DNA from: a virus | Lineage: Duplodnaviria; Heunggongvirae; Uroviricota; Caudoviricetes | IMG/VR virus record: IMGVR_UViG_2606217109_000003 | Location: 1 to 14,438 of that record | Strand: one strand, 5' to 3' | Length of the DNA: 14,438 nucleotides | Shown here: piece by piece, positions 8,551 through 14,438 of the stretch | Layout of the letters: each line of letters begins with the position of its first letter | Position numbering within the stretch: the first letter of the stretch is position 1 | Notes under the pieces: generated by a model | Told to the model about the DNA's origin: nothing | The model's input: only the letters and a program-made list of their open reading frames with translations | Database searches by the model: none | Program-made: the position numbers and the translations under genes

Positions 8551-8762
8551 CACCTCAGCAAGAAAACGCCCTTCGCAGCATTGCCCGTCAGGCTAATTCT
8601 GAAATCAAAAAAGCCAGACAGCAGTTTCCGGATAAAAACGTCGATGACATTTGCCGTAGCGTACTAAAGAAGCACCGCGAAACGGTAACGCTGATGGGAT
8701 TCACACCGACTCATTTAAGCCTGGCGATCGGCATGTTGAACGGCGTCTTTAAGGAACGGTGA
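8547..8762 (+). CDS. hypothetical small basic protein (71 aa from ATG 8547; a 93-aa upstream extension is possible)
   Basis: ORF-track ORF 8481-8762. I prefer the internal ATG at 8547, which is translationally coupled to the upstream small ORF. Lies in the lambda orf61 region but the ORF structure differs from what I recall for lambda. Confidence 0.45.
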   Translation: MTPQQENALRSIARQANSEIKKARQQFPDKNVDDICRSVLKKHRETVTLMGFTPTHLSLAIGMLNGVFKER

Positions 8763-8860
8763 ACATGAAAAGCAAAATCATCAGGGAGCTACAGGCTCCT
8801 TTTTTATTATTCGCATTCACCCTCAAGCGTATTAACCAACAATTCAGGGATTAATGAAAG

Positions 8861-9082
8861 ATGGCAGACATAATTGATTCAGCATCAGAAATTGAAGAAT
8901 TACAGCGCAACACAGCAATAAAAATGCGCCGCCTGAACCACCAGGCTATATCTGCCACTCATTGTTGTGAGTGTGGCGATCCGATAGATGAACGAAGACG
9001 ACTGGCCGTTCAGGGTTGTCGGACTTGTGCCAGTTGCCAGCAAGATCTGGAGCTTATCAGTAAACAGAGAGGTTCGAAGTGA
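8861..9082 (+). CDS. TraR/DksA-family C4 zinc-finger protein (lambda Orf73-like)
   Basis: 73-aa ORF with CCECGDPID...CRTCASC, the typical TraR/DksA C-terminal zinc finger, at the position of lambda orf73. Confidence 0.8.
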   Translation: MADIIDSASEIEELQRNTAIKMRRLNHQAISATHCCECGDPIDERRRLAVQGCRTCASCQQDLELISKQRGSK

Positions 9083-9486
9083 GCGAAATTAACTCTCAGG
9101 CACTGCGTGAAGCGGCAGAGAAAGCCGGTGAAGATAAGTGGCAGGCTAAAAAAATAAATGGTGATTTTTTCGTTATTCGTCACGGTAGTTATACAAGACA
9201 GCATGGCTACACATCGTATCAACCCATTGCGGAGATTGATTGTAAGCCAGTCCGGGATTTTGTTGCCAAGGCTAATCCGGCTACCGTGCTGGAATTACTG
9301 GATGAACTGGAAGCAGCAAAAAAGCGCATTGCAGAACTGGAAGCGCGGGAAATACTGCTCCCGGAACGTAGCAGCATGCTTCATCGAACAGATTTTCACG
9401 ATGATTACCAAACGGTAATGGCATACAAAGTTTCTGAAGTCATCGATGCAATCCGCGCTACTGGCATTCGCATCAAAGGAGAGTGA
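9079..9486 (+). CDS. ea22: Ea22-like protein, short allele (135 aa, GTG start)
   Basis: Begins (M)SEINSQALREAAE and ends IRIKGE like lambda Ea22 as I recall it, but is about 47 aa shorter than the 182-aa lambda protein. Central coiled-coil segment (ATVLELLDELEAAKKRIAELEAREIL). The GTG start overlaps the orf73 stop (GTGA). Confidence 0.6.
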   Translation: MSEINSQALREAAEKAGEDKWQAKKINGDFFVIRHGSYTRQHGYTSYQPIAEIDCKPVRDFVAKANPATVLELLDELEAAKKRIAELEAREILLPERSSMLHRTDFHDDYQTVMAYKVSEVIDAIRATGIRIKGE

Positions 9487-9487
9487 G

Positions 9488-10243
9488 ATGATTCACTACC
9501 ACGGTGGGCCTATTACTCCTGATACGTGCGCAATGAGAGCATGGAAAGGGCGACATGCGTTTATCAGTTTTGCGCATTCAGGCCAGATCAATCTCGCGGC
9601 TGAATACTGTCAGTCGTTCGCGCTGGACAACGGTGCATTCACCGCCTGGAAAGCAGCTGGCAAAAACAAAATCGACTGGAGCGATTACTACGAGTTTGTT
9701 GCTCGCTGGAAGAATCACCCAGGATTCGATTTTGCCATTATCCCGGATGTTATTGATGGCGGAGAGGAGGAAAATGATGCGCTTCTGAATGAGTGGCCTC
9801 ACGGAAAACTAGCTGGCGTTCCAGTGTGGCACATGAATGAAAGTGACGAGCGATTTATTCATTTGTGCAATGAGTTTCCGCGAGTGGCTATCGGTAGTTG
9901 TGGCGACTATGACGTAAAGCGCCCAACTCTTGCGGTAGCCAGAATGAAAGACCTGATTCGTCACATTGTTGATGGGCATGGTCAGCCGGTTACGAAACTA
10001 CATGGATTGCGCATGTTAAATCCGCTGATATTCACAAAATTACCCTTAGCCAGCGCAGATAGTACGAACGTCGCTCGAAACATCGGTATTGATAAAGCCT
10101 GGTCTGGGGCTTATGCACCTGCAAGTAAAGAGACACGCGCAGCATTAATGGTAGAACGGATTGAGGCACACAATAGCCCTGGTTCTCTTGCGTATTGTGA
10201 ACAACGCGACCGCTTTGAAATGCAATTGCAACTAGCAGTTTAA
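9488..10243 (+). CDS. hypothetical protein with tRNA-guanine transglycosylase (TGT)/DpdA-like motifs (251 aa)
   Basis: ATG 9488 with strong SD AAGGAGAG, 1 bp after the ea22 stop. The motifs FALDNGAF and ADSTNVARNIG resemble TGT DSGGFQ and D...TRNARNG in the same order and with similar spacing. No counterpart in lambda as I recall it. The functional call is a hypothesis. Confidence 0.65.
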   Translation: MIHYHGGPITPDTCAMRAWKGRHAFISFAHSGQINLAAEYCQSFALDNGAFTAWKAAGKNKIDWSDYYEFVARWKNHPGFDFAIIPDVIDGGEEENDALLNEWPHGKLAGVPVWHMNESDERFIHLCNEFPRVAIGSCGDYDVKRPTLAVARMKDLIRHIVDGHGQPVTKLHGLRMLNPLIFTKLPLASADSTNVARNIGIDKAWSGAYAPASKETRAALMVERIEAHNSPGSLAYCEQRDRFEMQLQLAV

Positions 10244-10253
10244 GGACTAACAA

Positions 10254-10829
10254 ATGACCACTATTACCAAAGAACGTATTGAATTGTTCATTAAAAATCC
10301 GCTTGAAAACGGGCTTACTCGTGGCGAACAAATGGAACTGGCACGAATTGCACTGGCATCACTGGGAGCAGAACCTGTAAGCCAAACTTACAACTTGCCA
10401 GAATTAATCGAAGGCATGGAGGTTTCCATTGATGTAAGCACTTGTGATGCGGATTTAGGTAATCGCTATTTCGGTACCGTCACCGAGGCGTTAGAACTTG
10501 ATACTGCCAAGAATGGTTACATCCTCCTGGTTCAGGACGCAGAGCCAAACTTCGATATAAATGGCAATTCTCCGGTAACTCCGGATGGTTGGGTTATAGT
10601 GCCGAAGAAACTAACCGCTGAGAACGGCGCTAAGGGTGTGCTATCCGGTGAATTTTCAGAAACTACGTTTATAAGCTGCCCGGAATGCTTTGGTGATGAT
10701 GATTGCGAAACTTGTGACGGCAGCGGAAGAATCGAAATCAAGGTTCCAGTCAGTTGGACAACTATCAAAACTATTTGGGCTAAAGGGTGTGAGTACTTTT
10801 CAATAGTAGCACCGCAGCAAGATGGGTGA
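10254..10829 (+). CDS. hypothetical acidic protein with C-terminal zinc-ribbon-like CPEC...CETCDGSG motif (191 aa)
   Basis: ATG 10254 with SD TAAGGA, 10 bp after the previous stop. CxxC-N8-CxxCxGxG motif. No lambda counterpart as I recall it. Confidence 0.65.
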   Translation: MTTITKERIELFIKNPLENGLTRGEQMELARIALASLGAEPVSQTYNLPELIEGMEVSIDVSTCDADLGNRYFGTVTEALELDTAKNGYILLVQDAEPNFDINGNSPVTPDGWVIVPKKLTAENGAKGVLSGEFSETTFISCPECFGDDDCETCDGSGRIEIKVPVSWTTIKTIWAKGCEYFSIVAPQQDG

Positions 10830-10913
10830 TGAAAACAAGTATTTATAACTTAAAAGCATTAAAAAATCGCTTATAGATCAAAAGAAATCTACGTCAAATA
10901 TTACTATATTTCA

Positions 10914-11198
10914 ATGTGTTATAATTACCCCGTCCATAAAATGGGGGGACACAAAATGTTCAAACGCTGCATCACCAAGTGTGGAAGCACACCTGACATC
11001 CAAGCTTTTATTAATGAAGATGGTAAGCTTGTTGTTGAGAGGAGTGGTCCTTTTATTAGCAAACAACTTATCATTACCTCTCCAGCGGAGATGGCCGGGG
11101 AATGGATAGTTTCTGAACCAGAGGAGTTGCACATCCCGCTTCCTTATGGCCCTCAGGGACTGATTTATAACCGTTATGTTCAGAAGGAGGCGGGTTGA
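10914..11198 (+). CDS. hypothetical small protein (94 aa, or 80 aa from ATG 10956)
   Basis: ORF preceded by an AT-rich, promoter-like intergenic region (10830-10913). Cys/His-rich N-terminus if 10914 is used; a G-rich SD-like run precedes the ATG at 10956. Confidence 0.45.
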   Translation: MCYNYPVHKMGGHKMFKRCITKCGSTPDIQAFINEDGKLVVERSGPFISKQLIITSPAEMAGEWIVSEPEELHIPLPYGPQGLIYNRYVQKEAG

Positions 11199-11457
11199 CA
11201 ATGTCAGGCATAACATCGCCGAGAAATCGAAAGAAAAACAGAACAAGGTAAACGTTGACCTTGCAGCATCAGGCATGGAGTACAGAGAGCGCCTTAACAT
11301 ACCTGTTATCACTGAGCAGGTATCATGAGAGCAACCTGAGCACTCACGCGAGTATTTCATGGAGCGCATCAGATACTATCGCGAGCAGTCGTTAAACATG
11401 CCCAAGGGAAGCAACCCATGGTATATCGATATGGATGAACAGAACGCCAAGAAGTAA
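11176..11457 (+). pseudogene. ea8.5: ea8.5-position ORF (93 codons) interrupted by a single in-frame TGA at codon 51
   Basis: ATG 11176 to TAA 11455-11457 is exactly 282 bp with one in-frame TGA (11326-11328). Both halves have protein-like, helical, charged composition. Size and distance from xis match the lambda ea8.5 coordinates as I remember them. Confidence 0.4.
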
Positions 11458-11477
11458 ACGCAATTTGAACGAATGCG

Positions 11478-11503
11478 AACCCGCCGAGTGCGGGTTTTCT
11501 TTT
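11478..11503 (+). terminator. rho-independent terminator
   Basis: aaCCCGC-cgagt-GCGGGtt followed by TTTCTTTT, 20 bp after the ea8.5-position stop. Confidence 0.55.
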
Positions 11504-11546
11504 ATCTGAACTCGCTACGGCGAGTTTTGTTTTATGGCGATGATAA

Positions 11547-11714
11547 ATGCACTTCCGAGTTACAGGTGAATGGAATGGAGAACCATTCAACAGAGTTATC
11601 GAAGCCGAGAACATCAGCGACTGCTATAACCACTGGATGCTGTGGGCGCAGATAGCACATGCAGACGTAACCAATATTCGAATTGAAGAACTGAAAGAAC
11701 ACCAAGCCGCCTGA
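11547..11714 (+). CDS. small ORF, 55 aa (hypothetical; lies between ea8.5 and xis)
   Basis: MHFRVTGEWNGEPFNRVIEAENISDCYNHWMLWAQIAHADVTNIRIEELKEHQAA; protein-like composition but weak SD. Not in the ORF track (under 60 aa). Confidence 0.4.
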   Translation: MHFRVTGEWNGEPFNRVIEAENISDCYNHWMLWAQIAHADVTNIRIEELKEHQAA

Positions 11715-11727
11715 TGGCGGTTTTTTC
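11706..11727 (+). terminator. rho-independent terminator upstream of xis
   Basis: GCCGCC-tgat-GGCGG followed by TTTTTTCTT. Confidence 0.5.
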
Positions 11728-11753
11728 TTGCGTGTAATTGCGGAGACTTTGCG

Positions 11754-11972
11754 ATGTACTTGACACTTCAGGAGTGGAACGCTCGCCAGCGACGCCCAAG
11801 AAGCCTTGAAACAGTTCGTCGATGGGTGCGCGAATGCAGGATATTCCCTCCTCCGGTTAAGGATGGAAGAGAATATCTGTTCCACGAATCAGCGGTAAAG
11901 GTTGACTTAAATCGACCAGTAACAGGTAGCCTTTTGAAGAGGATCAGAAATGGGAAGAAGGCGAAGTCATGA
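11754..11972 (+). CDS. xis: excisionase
   Basis: 72-aa ORF MYLTLQEWNARQRRPRSLETVRRWVRECRIFPPPVKDGREYLFHESAVKVDLNRPVTGSLLKRIRNGKKAKS, matching lambda Xis as I recall it; overlaps the int start. Confidence 0.97.
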   Translation: MYLTLQEWNARQRRPRSLETVRRWVRECRIFPPPVKDGREYLFHESAVKVDLNRPVTGSLLKRIRNGKKAKS

Positions 11973-13020
11973 GCGCCGGGATTTACCCCCTAACCTTTAT
12001 ATAAGAAACAATGGATATTACTGCTACAGGGACCCAAGGACGGGTAAAGAGTTTGGATTAGGCCGAGACAGGCGAATCGCAATCACTGAAGCTATACAGG
12101 CCAACATTGAGTTATTTTCAGGACACAAACACAAGCCTCTGACAGCGAGAATCAACAGTGATAATTCCGTTACGTTACATTCATGGCTTGATCGCTACGA
12201 AAAAATCCTGGCCAGCAGAGGAATCAAGCAGAAGACACTCATAAATTACATGAGCAAAATTAAAGCAATAAGGAGGGGTCTGCCTGATGCTCCACTTGAA
12301 GACATCACCACAAAAGAAATTGCGGCAATGCTCAATGGATACATAGACGAGGGCAAGGCGGCGTCAGCCAAGTTAATCAGATCAACACTGAGCGATGCAT
12401 TCCGAGAGGCAATAGCTGAAGGCCATATAACAACAAACCCTGTCGCTGCCACTCGCGCAGCAAAATCAGAGGTAAGGAGATCAAGACTTACGGCTGACGA
12501 ATACCTGAAAATTTATCAAGCAGCAGAATCATCACCATGTTGGCTCAGACTTGCAATGGAACTGGCTGTTGTTACCGGGCAACGAGTTGGTGATTTATGC
12601 GAAATGAAGTGGTCTGATATCGTAGATGGATATCTTTATGTCGAGCAAAGCAAAACAGGCGTAAAAATTGCCATCCCAACAGCATTGCATGTTGATGCTC
12701 TCGGAATATCAATGAAGGAAACACTTGATAAATGCAAAGAGATTCTTGGCGGAGAAACCATAATTGCATCTACTCGTCGCGAACCGCTTTCATCCGGCAC
12801 AGTATCAAGGTATTTTATGCGCGCACGAAAAGCATCAGGTCTTTCCTTCGAAGGGGATCCGCCTACCTTTCACGAGTTGCGCAGTTTGTCTGCAAGACTC
12901 TATGAGAAGCAGATAAGCGATAAGTTTGCTCAACATCTTCTCGGGCATAAGTCGGACACCATGGCATCACAGTATCGTGATGACAGAGGCAGGGAGTGGG
13001 ACAAAATTGAAATCAAATAA
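11950..13020 (+). CDS. int: tyrosine integrase
   Basis: 356-aa ORF recognisable as lambda Int (N-terminal arm-binding domain, C-terminal catalytic domain with the R...HxxR...Y signature). Confidence 0.97.
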   Translation: MGRRRSHERRDLPPNLYIRNNGYYCYRDPRTGKEFGLGRDRRIAITEAIQANIELFSGHKHKPLTARINSDNSVTLHSWLDRYEKILASRGIKQKTLINYMSKIKAIRRGLPDAPLEDITTKEIAAMLNGYIDEGKAASAKLIRSTLSDAFREAIAEGHITTNPVAATRAAKSEVRRSRLTADEYLKIYQAAESSPCWLRLAMELAVVTGQRVGDLCEMKWSDIVDGYLYVEQSKTGVKIAIPTALHVDALGISMKETLDKCKEILGGETIIASTRREPLSSGTVSRYFMRARKASGLSFEGDPPTFHELRSLSARLYEKQISDKFAQHLLGHKSDTMASQYRDDRGREWDKIEIK

Positions 13021-13108
13021 TGATTTTATTTTGACTGATAGTGACCTGTTCGTTGCAACAAATTGATAAGCAATGCTTTTTTATAATGCCAACTTAGTAT
13101 AAAAAAGC
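13021..13108. other. attL: attL: prophage P' arm (Int arm-type and IHF sites) plus the 15-bp core TTAGTATAAAAAAGC (13094-13108)
   Basis: The core is the reverse complement of the lambda att core GCTTTTTTATACTAA. An arm-type site TGATAGTGACCTG lies at about 13036-13048. Host ybhC sequence begins about 47 bp after the core. Confidence 0.85.
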
Positions 13109-13154
13109 AGGCTTCAACGGATTCATTTTTCTATTTCATAGCCCGGAGCAACCT

Positions 13155-14438
13155 GTGAACACATTTTCAGTTTCCCGTCTGGCGCTGGCATTGGCTTTTG
13201 GCGTGACGCTGACCGCCTGTAGCTCAACACCACCCGATCAACGTCCTTCTGATCAAACCGCGCCTGGTACCTCTTCTCGCCCGATTCTGTCGGCAAAAGA
13301 AGCGCAGAATTTCGATGCTCAACACTATTTTGCATCCCTGACACCAGGTGCTGCAGCGTGGAATCCTTCCCCGATTACCCTGCCTGCGCAACCTGACTTT
13401 GTTGTCGGCCCGGCGGGTACTCAAGGTGTAACGCATACCACGATTCAGGCGGCGGTAGATGCGGCAATTATCAAGCGCACTAACAAGCGCCAGTATATTG
13501 CCGTGATGCCTGGTGAGTATCAGGGAACGGTGTATGTCCCTGCTGCTCCGGGTGGAATTACTCTGTACGGTACAGGTGAAAAACCGATTGATGTGAAGAT
13601 TGGGCTTTCCCTTGATGGGGGCATGAGCCCTGCCGACTGGCGTCACGACGTCAACCCGCGCGGCAAATATATGCCAGGTAAACCAGCGTGGTATATGTAC
13701 GATAGCTGCCAGAGCAAACGCAGCGACAGTATCGGTGTTCTCTGCTCTGCGGTCTTCTGGTCACAAAACAATGGCCTGCAACTGCAAAATCTGACCATCG
13801 AAAACACGCTGGGCGATAGCGTAGATGCAGGTAACCATCCGGCGGTGGCACTGCGTACTGATGGTGACCAGGTACAGATTAACAACGTTAACATTCTCGG
13901 TCGTCAGAACACCTTCTTTGTCACCAACAGCGGTGTGCAGAACCGTCTGGAAACCAACCGTCAGCCGCGTACGCTGGTGACCAACAGCTACATTGAAGGG
14001 GATGTGGATATCGTTTCTGGTCGCGGCGCAGTGGTGTTCGATAACACCGAATTCCGCGTGGTGAACTCACGTACTCAGCAAGAAGCGTATGTGTTTGCAC
14101 CGGCTACGCTGTCCAACATTTACTACGGTTTCCTCGCCGTAAACAGCCGTTTCAATGCTTTCGGTGATGGTGTGGCGCAACTGGGCCGCTCGCTGGATGT
14201 TGATGCCAATACCAACGGTCAGGTGGTGATCCGTGATAGCGCCATCAACGAAGGTTTTAACACGGCTAAACCGTGGGCCGATGCGGTGATCTCTAATCGT
14301 CCGTTTGCGGGTAATACCGGCAGCGTAGATGATAACGACGAAATACAGCGCAATCTGAATGACACTAACTACAACCGCATGTGGGAATACAATAACCGCG
14401 GCGTGGGTAGTAAAGTGGTTGCAGAGGCGAAGAAGTAA
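13155..14438 (+). CDS. ybhC: host outer-membrane lipoprotein YbhC (pectinesterase-fold family)
   Basis: 427-aa ORF with GTG start and lipoprotein signal (lipobox LTAC). Degenerate pectinesterase-like motifs (GEYQGTVYV, AVALR, DIVSG). It is the gal-side neighbour of att-lambda in E. coli. Confidence 0.88.
   Translation: MNTFSVSRLALALAFGVTLTACSSTPPDQRPSDQTAPGTSSRPILSAKEAQNFDAQHYFASLTPGAAAWNPSPITLPAQPDFVVGPAGTQGVTHTTIQAAVDAAIIKRTNKRQYIAVMPGEYQGTVYVPAAPGGITLYGTGEKPIDVKIGLSLDGGMSPADWRHDVNPRGKYMPGKPAWYMYDSCQSKRSDSIGVLCSAVFWSQNNGLQLQNLTIENTLGDSVDAGNHPAVALRTDGDQVQINNVNILGRQNTFFVTNSGVQNRLETNRQPRTLVTNSYIEGDVDIVSGRGAVVFDNTEFRVVNSRTQQEAYVFAPATLSNIYYGFLAVNSRFNAFGDGVAQLGRSLDVDANTNGQVVIRDSAINEGFNTAKPWADAVISNRPFAGNTGSVDDNDEIQRNLNDTNYNRMWEYNNRGVGSKVVAEAKK

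Noticed and set aside
9446-9487. Upstream ATG (9446) as the start of the TGT-like ORF
   Set aside because: It would overlap the ea22-like gene by 41 bp and lacks an SD. ATG 9488 has a strong AAGGAGAG SD and sits directly after the ea22 stop.
10911-11369. 152-aa minus-strand ORF
   Set aside because: Antisense to two plus-strand ORFs, low-complexity Ser/Cys/Leu-rich translation, no SD; judged a chance open frame.
11532-11885. 117-aa and 61-aa minus-strand ORFs antisense to xis and the 55-aa ORF
   Set aside because: They overlap the well-supported xis gene on the opposite strand; atypical composition.
13123-13894. Minus-strand ORFs antisense to ybhC
   Set aside because: Arg-rich translations typical of antisense frames in GC-rich host coding sequence.

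Overview
This window is the int-proximal arm of a lambda-family prophage integrated at the classical att-lambda site next to host ybhC, lying inverted relative to the window. Order left to right: 3' 1159 bp of IS30 (inserted into cII after about codon 15), nutR, cro (-), OR1-3 with pR/pRM, cI (+), a two-gene cassette where lambda carries rexA-rexB, terminator, OL1-3/pL, nutL, N, sieB (-), orf28, ral, ea10, cIII, kil, gam, bet, exo, small early ORFs, TraR-like orf73, a short ea22 allele, three cargo ORFs absent from lambda as I recall it, an ea8.5-position ORF with an in-frame TGA, xis, int, attL, ybhC. Lambda identifications are by reading translations against remembered lambda proteins; no search was run. 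The main candidate for an undescribed system is the translationally coupled pair (185 aa + 250 aa) at 2376-3682, co-oriented with cI and so likely expressed in the lysogen, with no motif I can recognise. A second candidate is a 251-aa protein (9488-10243) with tRNA-guanine-transglycosylase/DpdA-like motifs plus a zinc-ribbon neighbour. Other points: IS30-disrupted cII, CTAG-centred operator variants, and a premature stop in ral.
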